64,000 nt of DNA from a virus (IMGVR_UViG_3300003375_000020:19380-83379); one strand, 5' to 3'; positions 10,107 to 18,681 are shown, counted from the stretch's first letter. The notes: generated from the letters alone by a model not told the origin. Numbers and translations: made by a program.

Positions 10107-10661
10107 ATGGAAATAAAACCAAAAGAAAGGACTTTGCATTTCGCAAAACAAGTAGATCAAGATAGTATTAATCTTTTAACTAAATCTATTTTAGAAATTA
10201 ATGAAGACGATGAGTATTTAATAAAGTTAGCAGGTATTAACGATTTAGTATACATTCCAAAACCCATTAAGATTTATATTGATTCTTACGGTGGAGCAGT
10301 GTATCAAATGTTTGGTTTATTGGGTGTGATAGAAAAATCAAAAGTACCAATACACACAATTGTAACAGGTTGCGCAATGAGTTGTGGATTCATGATCTCT
10401 ATAACTGGACATAGACGTTTTGCTTATGATAAAGCTACTTTCTTATATCATCAAGTAAGTACAGGTTTTTGGGGAAAAGCTAAAGACATGGAAGAAGACT
10501 TAGCTGAAATGCTTCGTTTACAAAAAATGATCGAAGATCAAACATTAGCAAAAACAAAATTAACAAAAAAACAATTAAAAGAGTGTTACGATGGTAAGAA
10601 AGATTGGTCTTTCAATGCAGAAGAAGCATTATCATATCAAATAATTGATGAAATAATATAA
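10107..10661 (+). CDS. clpP: ClpP-family serine protease
   Basis: YIDSYGG, G.AMSCG (catalytic Ser), FLYHQ (His), AEEAL.Y.IIDEI. Confidence 0.9.
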   Translation: MEIKPKERTLHFAKQVDQDSINLLTKSILEINEDDEYLIKLAGINDLVYIPKPIKIYIDSYGGAVYQMFGLLGVIEKSKVPIHTIVTGCAMSCGFMISITGHRRFAYDKATFLYHQVSTGFWGKAKDMEEDLAEMLRLQKMIEDQTLAKTKLTKKQLKECYDGKKDWSFNAEEALSYQIIDEII

Positions 10662-10662
10662 T

Positions 10663-11055
10663 ATGGAAATTTTAATTATTATTGGATATTTCTTTTTTAC
10701 AACTTTTGCAATTTTTGGATTAATTAATTTTTTACATAATAGAAAAATAGACATGAATTTAACAAACGAATTTTACTCAATTAGAGAATGGGCACAAGAT
10801 AAAGGCATTTATGATAAAGGAGATGCAAAGACTCAATACATTAAATTATTAGAAGAAACAGGTGAATTGGCGAAAGCAATTCTAAAAGAAGACGAAGAAG
10901 AATTTGTAGACGCTATTGGTGATTGTGTGGTAGTACTTACCAATCTTGCTAAATTAAAAGGGTATAATATTGAAGATTGCATTAACTCTGCTTACGAAGT
11001 TATTGCTAAGAGAAAAGGAACCATGCAAAACGGAAGTTTTGTTAAAGAATCTTAA
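10663..11055 (+). CDS. MazG-like all-alpha NTP pyrophosphohydrolase
   Basis: KLLEETGELA...DAIGD..VVL motif; AY..I..RKG.M.NG.FVKE tail. Confidence 0.85.
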   Translation: MEILIIIGYFFFTTFAIFGLINFLHNRKIDMNLTNEFYSIREWAQDKGIYDKGDAKTQYIKLLEETGELAKAILKEDEEEFVDAIGDCVVVLTNLAKLKGYNIEDCINSAYEVIAKRKGTMQNGSFVKES

Positions 11056-11056
11056 T

Positions 11057-11560
11057 ATGACAAAACAAAAAAGATTAGACATTGTTTTTTTAAACATAGC
11101 GAAAGAAGTATCTGCTCTATCTCACTGTGTTAGAGCTAAAGTTGGTTGCGTTATTGTTAAAGACGGTAACGTAATTAGCTTTGGTTATAACGGCACTCCT
11201 ACTGGAATGGATAATTGTTGCGAAGATAAGTTGCGTATGAATGGCGATGAAGGAGGTTGGATCGATCCAGAAACCATTGAAGCTCAATACCCTTTTGAAG
11301 ATGATCATGGAAGGTACAGATTATTTTCTAAACCCGAAGTATTACACGCAGAATCAAATGCAATTCTTAAAGCAGCAAAAATGGGGTTTTCTACTAACGA
11401 AGCCACTATGTATTTAACTCTTTCTCCATGTATTGATTGCGCGAAACTTATTCTGCAATCGGGAATAAAAAAAGTTATATATTCTGAATTATTCTATCGA
11501 GATAATGGTAGTGTAGAATTTTTAAAACAATTTATTGAAGTAGAACACTATGAATTTTAG
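11057..11560 (+). CDS. dCMP deaminase
   Basis: C.RAKVG, GYNGTP, HAESNAI, SPCIDC zinc motifs; true start is the ATG at 11057. Confidence 0.93.
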   Translation: MTKQKRLDIVFLNIAKEVSALSHCVRAKVGCVIVKDGNVISFGYNGTPTGMDNCCEDKLRMNGDEGGWIDPETIEAQYPFEDDHGRYRLFSKPEVLHAESNAILKAAKMGFSTNEATMYLTLSPCIDCAKLILQSGIKKVIYSELFYRDNGSVEFLKQFIEVEHYEF

Positions 11561-12191
11561 TAACGCAACAGAAGCATTCGAATGGTTATTTCATCACATA
11601 GATATAGCTGGAGAAAGTTTCGCAGGCACAAAAGCAGTATTTAATCAATCTTTCATTTTATTAGATCCTCAAGATAAAATCATTACTACTCCTGAAAGAA
11701 AGTTCAATTTAGAATACGCAGAGTTTGAATGGAATTGGTATTTAAAAGGCAATCGCGATGCATCAGAAATTGCAGAAAGAGCAAAGATATGGAAACAGAT
11801 GATGATTCCTGGCACCACAGAAGTCAATTCTAATTACGGATATTTTTGGAATTATAACGATCAACTAAAAAGAGTCGTAGAAGATCTTAAATCTAATCCA
11901 GAAACAAGAAGAGCAATCGTAGTACATTATTTGCCACACGAAATAGATCGGTACAAATACGATACTCCTTGCAACGATGTATTAAATTTCTACATTAGAA
12001 ATAATAGATTAGATCTAACAGTATTCGCAAGAAGCATAGATTTAGTTTTTGGTTTTTGTAATGACCAATTTACTTTTGCAAAATTAATGGAGAAAGTAGC
12101 TTATGAATTAAAAATCCCGGTTGGAGAAATGAATTGGCTGATTACCAATCTCCATGTATACCCAAGACATTATAACTTACTAGAAAAATAA
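11550..12191 (+). CDS. Thymidylate-synthase-fold enzyme resembling T4 gp42 dCMP hydroxymethylase
   Basis: EVNSNYG, NPETRRA, DTPC, RSIDLVFGFCND (Asp at the dUMP/dCMP specificity site), LHVYPRH. Confidence 0.8.
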   Translation: MNFSNATEAFEWLFHHIDIAGESFAGTKAVFNQSFILLDPQDKIITTPERKFNLEYAEFEWNWYLKGNRDASEIAERAKIWKQMMIPGTTEVNSNYGYFWNYNDQLKRVVEDLKSNPETRRAIVVHYLPHEIDRYKYDTPCNDVLNFYIRNNRLDLTVFARSIDLVFGFCNDQFTFAKLMEKVAYELKIPVGEMNWLITNLHVYPRHYNLLEK

Positions 12192-12241
12192 ATTTTTTTA
12201 GCATACTATTATTGAGTATATTTAACATATAAATAAAAGTT

Positions 12242-12700
12242 ATGCAAGCATTCTGCGACCGAGAATTTCTCGAAGATCAATTATCACGTCTTACCCAAAA
12301 GAGTTACAATAAATTTCATTGGTGGCGCAGATACGAAATTAGAAAAGAACTAGACAAAAAAACTCCCCTTTACGAAAAGATTAGAAATGGTGATTACGAT
12401 CATTCTGATTACCTTTATCAAATGGAACACGAATTCTATTTGATGAAGGATAAACTAGTTGGTATTATCTATCCTGATGAGAGACATGATATTACTGGAC
12501 TTTGTTTAGAACGTGCAAGAAGATTAAACGAAGATTATCAAAAGCACGAAAAGGAGCTCATGGCTAAGATCTATTCTGACTTTCGTAAAACATTCAACAT
12601 TCAAAAAGAAGAACTAACCAAGATAATGGAAGACTTCGATGGCACACTATTGGACTTATACGATCACGTTAAAAAACTAAGTAAACATGAAAAAATATAG
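12242..12700 (+). CDS. Hypothetical protein
   Basis: AAAAGTTATG start after a promoter-like AT stretch. Confidence 0.6.
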   Translation: MQAFCDREFLEDQLSRLTQKSYNKFHWWRRYEIRKELDKKTPLYEKIRNGDYDHSDYLYQMEHEFYLMKDKLVGIIYPDERHDITGLCLERARRLNEDYQKHEKELMAKIYSDFRKTFNIQKEELTKIMEDFDGTLLDLYDHVKKLSKHEKI

Positions 12701-13271
12701 CAAATTAATTGTGCCCAAAGATTCTGCGTGGGACAATACTAGATTTCAATGGGGAAGATATGTTAATTGGAGAATTAGATATTTTTTTCAAGGAGTTTGG
12801 AACATTATTAGATGGATCCCAACAATATACAAAGATAAAGATTGGGATGATGCTTTCATTCTTATGATCTTACAAAAGAAGATAGAACACCAAAGAGCAG
12901 AATTGGTAAATGCTAATAGGCACACTGATATCGACAATGATAATTTTTGGATGACAGTGGTTCTTAATTTGATAGACAAGGAACTTAACAGTTATTACGA
13001 AACGGAAAAATATAATTTTTGTAAAATTGAAGATAGTTTCGGTGAGCCTGATCAATACGGATCAAGAGAATGGAACATGATACTTACTGAAAATCGTTTG
13101 GATGAATATCTAAATTTATATCCATCTGCTACAAGAAAAGTGATAAAAAAACACGGTAGAGAAAATGATACTGATTATCTTTCTTTATGTGTATGCATTT
13201 ATAATCAAAGAAGGTGCAGAGATTTAATATTTGAAATTTTAAAACAAAAATCAGCCAATTGGTGGGATTAA
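12687..13271 (+). CDS. Hypothetical protein (common phage type ending in WWD)
   Basis: IWKDKDWD-like motif and C-terminal WWD. Confidence 0.6.
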   Translation: MKKYSKLIVPKDSAWDNTRFQWGRYVNWRIRYFFQGVWNIIRWIPTIYKDKDWDDAFILMILQKKIEHQRAELVNANRHTDIDNDNFWMTVVLNLIDKELNSYYETEKYNFCKIEDSFGEPDQYGSREWNMILTENRLDEYLNLYPSATRKVIKKHGRENDTDYLSLCVCIYNQRRCRDLIFEILKQKSANWWD

Positions 13272-13462
13272 AAAATAAGTTATGAAAAAAGAAATCAAAA
13301 AAGGAAATCTAAATTACGACGGATCAGGTAGAGCATACCCCGATAATCCACAAATAAAAAAATTGGAGTTGTATTTGGGAAAATAATGGTAAGTACGAAA
13401 ACTATCAATCACACCCAGCAATTAAAGCACAATTATCTAATTAGGACATATTTATATGTACT

Positions 13463-13714
13463 ATGATAAGATTTGCTAGACATAATAACAAAGACTATGT
13501 GATAGTAGATACCAATTTCATAATTAATGAATGTGACGAGACCATTGAAGTACCAATTCATATTAGAGTAGATACAACAAATATATCCAAAGATCAAAAT
13601 TCGTTAGTATTTAAAAAAGCAGCATTGCTTTTTAATAGATCAATCATAATTAAAAAACAATTAAATAATACGCCAGAAAAATCATGGTGGAATAAAATTT
13701 TTAAAAACAATTAA
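13463..13714 (+). CDS. Hypothetical protein
   Basis: Preceded by CATATTTAT motif. Confidence 0.55.
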   Translation: MIRFARHNNKDYVIVDTNFIINECDETIEVPIHIRVDTTNISKDQNSLVFKKAALLFNRSIIIKKQLNNTPEKSWWNKIFKNN

Positions 13715-13716
13715 GT

Positions 13717-13977
13717 ATGTCAGTGTTATATTTTTCGGCCACTTGGTGTGGTCCTTGTCGGTCATTTAAACCACTATTACAACAAACTTCAGCAGAACTG
13801 GGAATTCCAATAAGTTACATAGATGTAGACGCAAATGGATCTATGGCTCAAAAATACAACGTTAGTTCAGTACCAACATTATTAATAACAGACACAACAG
13901 GAAACGTAGTAAAACGCCAGATTGGAGCTAGTTCAGGAAAACACGCACTTATACAATTTCTTTCTAGTGCTAAATAA
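13717..13977 (+). CDS. trxA: Thioredoxin
   Basis: ATWCGPC active site; VSSVPTL. Confidence 0.92.
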   Translation: MSVLYFSATWCGPCRSFKPLLQQTSAELGIPISYIDVDANGSMAQKYNVSSVPTLLITDTTGNVVKRQIGASSGKHALIQFLSSAK

Positions 13978-14033
13978 CTGTATATTTATATAAGACACAA
14001 TATTACTAACCATAAAGGTTTATATGAACGCCG

Positions 14034-14246
14034 ATGACTATAAAACAACTAAATATCCTAAAAGAGATATCACTTATGTTGGCCATGTTCTTCTTGCCAT
14101 TTGGTTACGATGCCTTATTCAAATGGATTATGGATATAACTGGTTCATATTGGATCGCAGATATCGTTTTTTATTGTATTTCGGGTCTTTTCTTTACATT
14201 TTATATTTTCTCAAAATGGCTTTTAAATAAAAGATCTACAAATTAA
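14034..14246 (+). CDS. Small two-helix membrane protein
   Basis: Two hydrophobic segments; MFFLPFGYDALF. Confidence 0.6.
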   Translation: MTIKQLNILKEISLMLAMFFLPFGYDALFKWIMDITGSYWIADIVFYCISGLFFTFYIFSKWLLNKRSTN

Positions 14247-14269
14247 GATATTTATATAAAACTATTTAT

Positions 14270-14494
14270 ATGCAATTTGGTATTAAACAATATTGGAGTC
14301 CTACTCCAAAGTCTGTAAGAAAAGTAGCAGATTCTTTATCTGCAGCAGCAATCGCTGTAGGTGCATTTTCATTTGTTAGTGATAATAAAACAGTAGCAGT
14401 AGCCGTTTTAATAATGGCAGGAATTGGAAAATTTATTTCTAATTTATTTGCAGAAGATCCAACTACTATTACTACTGATAGTACTACCAAATAA
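14270..14494 (+). CDS. Small membrane protein, possible holin
   Basis: YWSPTPK..RK..D N-terminus followed by two hydrophobic helices. Confidence 0.5.
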   Translation: MQFGIKQYWSPTPKSVRKVADSLSAAAIAVGAFSFVSDNKTVAVAVLIMAGIGKFISNLFAEDPTTITTDSTTK

Positions 14495-14555
14495 TCATTA
14501 AACGGAGCTCCTTTTAGTTAAAGTTTATATACAATTTAAATACGCAAAATAAATC

Positions 14556-14897
14556 ATGATAAATTTACAAGATTTATTAAAAGAGGAGTTAGAAAAGAGT
14601 GAAACTTTTTTAGAATTTTCTGGTAAAAGATTGAAGGGCGCTACAAAAATAGCAGAAGACGCAAAGAAAAAAGGTGGTCCTTCTATGTTAACTTACCAAC
14701 ATTTTTCTGTAAAATTGCCGTACTATAAAAAAGCAGAATCAGGAAAACTTGATATAGAAATAGCAAAAAAAGAGTACGAAAAATTAATTAAAGAATTGTC
14801 AAAAACTTCTAAAAATATAAAACTCACTCAAACTGAATTTCAGAAATTGGTAGGTAGAATAGAAGTATTGGGAGAATTAATCATTAAAAGTAAATAA
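14556..14897 (+). CDS. Hypothetical protein
   Basis: Long ORF with phage-like codon use. Confidence 0.6.
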   Translation: MINLQDLLKEELEKSETFLEFSGKRLKGATKIAEDAKKKGGPSMLTYQHFSVKLPYYKKAESGKLDIEIAKKEYEKLIKELSKTSKNIKLTQTEFQKLVGRIEVLGELIIKSK

Positions 14898-14898
14898 C

Positions 14899-15180
14899 AT
14901 GAAAAAGATTTTATTTTTATTATTTGTAATCTTATTTATTGGATGCGATATGCCTTATAAAATTATTGAAACTTATAAAACAGATACTAACGGAATTACT
15001 ACAAAAACCGTAGAAAAAATTTATAGCTCAGGAGAAACATCTATACAAAGTACTATAGTATTAGGATACGATCCATTTTTATTTCCAAGACCTTATTATT
15101 TCGGTAGACCATATTATGGTCCTAGACCAATAATGGTAACACCTACGCCACGAATATACTCTCCAAGAGGAAAACACTAA
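14899..15180 (+). CDS. Putative lipoprotein
   Basis: MKK + hydrophobic stretch + FIGC lipobox. Confidence 0.6.
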   Translation: MKKILFLLFVILFIGCDMPYKIIETYKTDTNGITTKTVEKIYSSGETSIQSTIVLGYDPFLFPRPYYFGRPYYGPRPIMVTPTPRIYSPRGKH

Positions 15181-15196
15181 TCTGATATTTATAGGT

Positions 15197-15715
15197 GTGA
15201 AAACATTATACGCATTCGACTTGGATGATACGCTAATAACTTCTAAATCATTAGTGATTGTTAGAAATAATACTACGGGAAAGACTAAAAAATTGAATGC
15301 TGCGCAATATGCTACGTACGAACCAAAATTGGGAGATAAAGTAGATTTCAGCCAATTCGACAATTTGAATGATCCAGAGATCATAAAAAAGAATTTTGAT
15401 CTTTTCTCACAGATATTAAAAAAGACAGTTACATTAAAGAACTCGAAAACTATTATCTTAACAGCAAGGACACCTAAAATAAAGAGCGATGTGTACTCTT
15501 TACTTAAATCTAAAGGTTTACCATCTTTAAAAATACACGCTGTAGAGAGCTCAGATCCCATGGCTAAAGTAAACATTATCCAGCAATATATAGACTCAGG
15601 ATATGATCGGGTGCGTTTTTATGACGATTCCCCAAAGAACATACAGGCCGTGAATGCGATGAAGAAAGAAAATCCCAGTGTAAATCTTACCTCAAAATTG
15701 ATATCATCTCACTAA
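15197..15715 (+). CDS. HAD-superfamily phosphatase (GTG start)
   Basis: FDLDDTL motif I, LTAR motif II, FYDDS..N motif IV. Confidence 0.8.
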   Translation: MKTLYAFDLDDTLITSKSLVIVRNNTTGKTKKLNAAQYATYEPKLGDKVDFSQFDNLNDPEIIKKNFDLFSQILKKTVTLKNSKTIILTARTPKIKSDVYSLLKSKGLPSLKIHAVESSDPMAKVNIIQQYIDSGYDRVRFYDDSPKNIQAVNAMKKENPSVNLTSKLISSH

Positions 15716-15789
15716 AAATGTATATTTCTCTATCTCAAAAAAGAGTCTTATATTTATATCCTATTAATTATTAATCAAAACAAATAGTC

Positions 15790-15972
15790 ATGAAAAAAGT
15801 AGTATTAGCGCTTGCTTTCGTAGTAGTTTTAATTTCTTGTGGAAGCAATACCAATACTGGTTCTACAACAACAGTAGATACCACAAAAAAAGTAGTAGAT
15901 ACAGTTAAAGTAGACACAACCTTAAATCCATCCCAAAGTGGCGGTGGAAAATTAAATCAGCCATTGAAGTAA
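15790..15972 (+). CDS. Small lipoprotein
   Basis: MKK + hydrophobic stretch + LISC lipobox; T/D-rich tail. Confidence 0.65.
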   Translation: MKKVVLALAFVVVLISCGSNTNTGSTTTVDTTKKVVDTVKVDTTLNPSQSGGGKLNQPLK

Positions 15973-16054
15973 GCTGACCCCAGCGTCAGAGAGTCTGTCT
16001 GCTAAGACTACGTATTTCGAAAGGTCTTTTATTATATATTTATTATAACATAAC

Positions 16055-16552
16055 GGGGATGCCAGGCATTTGATCTAGATGCGAATGGTAGTATCACATG
16101 CAAGACGAGAGAGCGTCAAAAAACTCTTGAAAAATAAACGCAAACAAAACTGCAAACTTCGACTTCGCAAACAACGTTATCAACATGGCATTTGCTAATG
16201 CTCCTGTTGCTTTAGCAGCTTAGTCTACGGGTTGGTAACTGACCTAGGAACATAATAGTTACAAATCGTGTGAAGACGAGGCGGACTTTGGCCCGTAATT
16301 TTAGAGCTTACACAGTAGTATGCCAATGCTACAAGTTCTTGGACTTAAACCAAGTGGTGGATTCAAAACTCGTATACCAATACGACCCGTACTAATCAGT
16401 TATTGAGCGAAGCATCGGAACAGGAACGATAAGATCACACGTAGCCTGATGATAGCAGATTAACTCTTGTCACTGTGTACAGTATGACTAAGCATGTAAG
16501 TACGGTATTATGATTACTTTTAGAGACGTCGGTTCGAATCCGACCATCTCCA
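16055..16552 (+). ncRNA. ssrA: tmRNA (one-piece, about 498 nt); tag ANKTANFDFANNVINMAFANAPVALAA at 16140-16223
   Basis: Acceptor GGGGATG/CATCTCC with G3.U wobble, A discriminator, T-arm GTCGG-TTCGAAT-CCGAC, AATAAAC-GCA resume context, tag ends ALAA-stop. Confidence 0.95.
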
Positions 16553-16598
16553 CTGTCACTTTTTTGTACCTTGAGCATATTTATAATAAACTATAGAT

Positions 16599-17204
16599 AT
16601 GCCAAGAGTACAACATAAATATCATTTTATATATAAAACTACTAATTTAAAAAATGGTAAATTTTATATAGGAATGCATTCAACTTCTAATTTAGATGAT
16701 GGATATTTGGGTTCTGGAGATAAATTAAGAAGATCTATAAGAAAATACGGAAAAGAAAATTTTAAATTAGAAATTTTAGAGTATTTTGAAAATAGAGAGT
16801 TATTATCTAAAAGAGAAAAAGAATTAATTAATGAAGATGTATTGAAAGATCCAATGTGCATGAATTTAAAAGTTGGTGGAGAAGGTGGATGGCATGTATA
16901 TGCTAATAAAGCATTTAAAGAAAAATTAAAAGATATAAAATATAAAGAAAATTTTTCTAGAATATGTATAGAAAGAAATAAAAAATGTTTTGAACTAGGT
17001 ATTATTAAATCCTGGAATAAAACATATGATTGGACTGATAAGTATCATACACCAGAGACCATTAAAAAAATGAAAAATTCTAAAATAGGTCATGGTAAAG
17101 GAGAATTGAATTCTCAGTTTGGAACTTTTTGGATAACTGATGGAAAGTATAATAAAAAAACAAAATATGAAATTCCTGAAGGGTGGTACAAAGGTCGCGT
17201 ATAA
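16599..17204 (+). mobile_element. Seg-like GIY-YIG homing endonuclease
   Basis: FIYKTTNL.NGKFYIG.H...DDGYLGSG; HTPETIKKM NUMOD3; NSQFGT.WITDG tail. Confidence 0.88.
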
Positions 17205-17212
17205 AAATTCTT

Positions 17213-17280
17213 TATTGATTATCAACTAGTTATGGTAATTGGAAACCAACTAGTTATGCTTAACTGGTTGATAACCAATA
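17213..17280. promoter_or_regulatory. Cluster of three IHF-consensus-like boxes (locus A)
   Basis: TATCAACTAGTTA, AACCAACTAGTTA, reverse TATCAACCAGTTA versus WATCAANNNNTTR. Confidence 0.65.
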
Positions 17281-17298
17281 CTGAGACTTTAAAAATAA

Positions 17299-17335
17299 AT
17301 TTTTTTATATCAAAAATTAGTAGTAAGTTTACTAT
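17299..17335 (+). promoter_or_regulatory. Putative promoter of the leader/tRNA-array transcript
   Basis: TTTTTTTATATCAA...TAGTAAGTTTAC matches elements at 48664-48700 and 56183-56216. Confidence 0.6.
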
Positions 17336-17383
17336 ATCACAATTACAAAAAGCGTTTTATTATAAATGCACATAATTATTAGC

Positions 17384-17527
17384 ATGAAACAACATTTATT
17401 ACATACAGCGACATGGCAAATAGAACGTAGACATACGTTATCCCTAGGCTATTGTTTTATGTCGATTAATGATGTGCAAGGAAAACCTAGTAATTCACCG
17501 GGGCTTAATGATACAAATTGGGGATGA
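17384..17527 (+). CDS. Putative leader peptide (47 aa) MKQHLLHTATWQIERRHTLSLGYCFMSINDVQGKPSNSPGLNDTNWG
   Basis: ORF between promoter and terminator; all 20 amino acids by codon 35; an in-frame ATG also at 17366. Confidence 0.75.
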   Translation: MKQHLLHTATWQIERRHTLSLGYCFMSINDVQGKPSNSPGLNDTNWG

Positions 17528-17561
17528 AAAATCTCTAAATAAAAATCAAAAATTAAGCCTC
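17500..17561 (+). promoter_or_regulatory. Putative antiterminator helix
   Basis: GGGGCTTAAT (17500-17509) pairs with ATTAAGCCTC (17552-17561), 10 bp with one G.U, overlapping the terminator 5' arm. Confidence 0.7.
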
Positions 17562-17592
17562 AACTCAAAAAAAGTTGAGGTTTTTTATTTTT
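17555..17592 (+). terminator. Intrinsic terminator directly before the first tRNA
   Basis: Stem CCTCAACT/AGTTGAGG, 7-nt loop, TTTTTTATTTTT. Confidence 0.9.
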
Positions 17593-17664
17593 GGTAACAT
17601 AGCTGAGATGGATTAGCGTAAGTCTGAAAAACTTGAGGACTCAGCTCGGAACTGAGAAGTACCA
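17593..17664 (+). tRNA. tRNA-Phe(GAA), degenerate acceptor stem
   Basis: AAGT-CTGAAAA-ACTT anticodon arm; T-loop CTCGGAA; 3 acceptor mismatches. Confidence 0.7.
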
Positions 17665-17680
17665 CATAAATAAAGCATAA

Positions 17681-17821
17681 ATGACAAATAAACAAATTGA
17701 AGAACAAATAGCAATTATTAAAAAAGTTACAGCTGAAGCTTGTAAAAGCAAAAAAACAGCTAGAAAGTTTTTAACAGATGCAGGAATAATAAAAACAAAT
17801 ATGAAGAAAAATAAAAGATGA
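17681..17821 (+). CDS. Small basic hypothetical protein (46 aa)
   Basis: MTNKQIEEQIAIIKKVTAEACKSKKTARKFLTDAGIIK... Confidence 0.5.
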   Translation: MTNKQIEEQIAIIKKVTAEACKSKKTARKFLTDAGIIKTNMKKNKR

Positions 17822-17849
17822 AGATCTCTCTGAAGCAGGAGGGACATAT

Positions 17850-17923
17850 TCCCTCTTAGCTCAATTGGTAGATGTACGTGGCTTTTAACCATGGGGTTGT
17901 GAGTTCGAATCTCACAGGGGGCA
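17850..17923 (+). tRNA. tRNA-Lys(TTT)
   Basis: CGTGG-CTTTTAA-CCATG; GTGAG-TTCGAAT-CTCAC. Confidence 0.85.
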
Positions 17924-17944
17924 CATAAAAATAAAATAAATAGT

Positions 17945-18169
17945 ATGTCAATTTACGCAACAAATTACATAATTGATGAAGAAACACGTGAACCAAAACT
18001 TGTTAAACATTTAAATCAAACAAGAATTGATAGAGGTACCGCAAAAAGACCACCTGGAAAGTGGAATAAAAATGGTGCTAATCAAAAAGAAAGAAAACGT
18101 TGGAGTAAAGGAGATTCAAAAAAAGAATTTAAATTAGACAAAATGAAAAAAGACTTTGAAGGATTGTAA
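17945..18169 (+). CDS. Basic hypothetical protein
   Basis: ORF inside the tRNA array. Confidence 0.5.
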   Translation: MSIYATNYIIDEETREPKLVKHLNQTRIDRGTAKRPPGKWNKNGANQKERKRWSKGDSKKEFKLDKMKKDFEGL

Positions 18170-18188
18170 GGACTAAAACCTTACAACA

Positions 18189-18500
18189 ATGACAAACACA
18201 AGAGAATATCGTACAACAACAAACAGAAGTGTTTATAACAAACTGTATAAAGAATATAATGCTCACTGTTCTTACTGCAAATGGCATGGACCATCATCTG
18301 AAAATGATAGATATAAATGTTATTATATAAGAGAATGGAATAATAAAAAGAAAGCTAAATATCCTAACTGGAAATTAGTATCAAAAAATCAAAAACAGTG
18401 GATGAAAAAACCATTGATTTTTAAATCAAGTATTAATCCATACAGTCCTTGGACTTATTGGATTGATATTGAATGGCCTAGTAAAATTAGACCAAAATAG
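18189..18500 (+). CDS. Hypothetical protein (CSYC; NWKLVSKN.KQW)
   Basis: ORF inside the tRNA array. Confidence 0.55.
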   Translation: MTNTREYRTTTNRSVYNKLYKEYNAHCSYCKWHGPSSENDRYKCYYIREWNNKKKAKYPNWKLVSKNQKQWMKKPLIFKSSINPYSPWTYWIDIEWPSKIRPK

Positions 18501-18506
18501 AAAAAC

Positions 18507-18577
18507 GTCGAGTTGGTGCAATGGTAGCATACCTGATTCCAAACCAGTTGATGAGGGTTCGAATCCTACGGTGGGTG
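18507..18577 (+). tRNA. tRNA-Trp(CCA), degenerate (acceptor strands do not pair)
   Basis: D-arm GTGC-AATGGTA-GCAT, anticodon loop TTCCAAA, GGTTCGAATCC. Confidence 0.55.
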
Positions 18578-18583
18578 CAAAAT

Positions 18584-18655
18584 AGACTTGTAGTTTAACG
18601 GATAGAATGATTGGCTACGGACCAATTGGTGGGAGTTCGATTCTCTCCAAGTCTA
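18584..18655 (+). tRNA. tRNA-Arg(ACG)
   Basis: AGACTTG/CAAGTCT; ATTGG-CTACGGA-CCAAT. Confidence 0.92.
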
Positions 18656-18681
18656 CAATTAAAAAATTAAAAATTAAAGTT

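Noticed and set aside
11550-12191. Annotation as ordinary thymidylate synthase thyA
   Set aside because: Lacks the ThyA PFN signature (has CND) and follows the T4 gp42 motif pattern
13282-13443. Possible +1 frameshift at an A7 run joining two short ORFs (MKKEIKK...PQIK / NWSCIWEN...)
   Set aside because: Cannot distinguish programmed slippage from a homopolymer error or a recent mutation without reads
16445-16500. CTGATGA inside the tmRNA as a hammerhead core
   Set aside because: No stem II G-C pair and no GAAA follows
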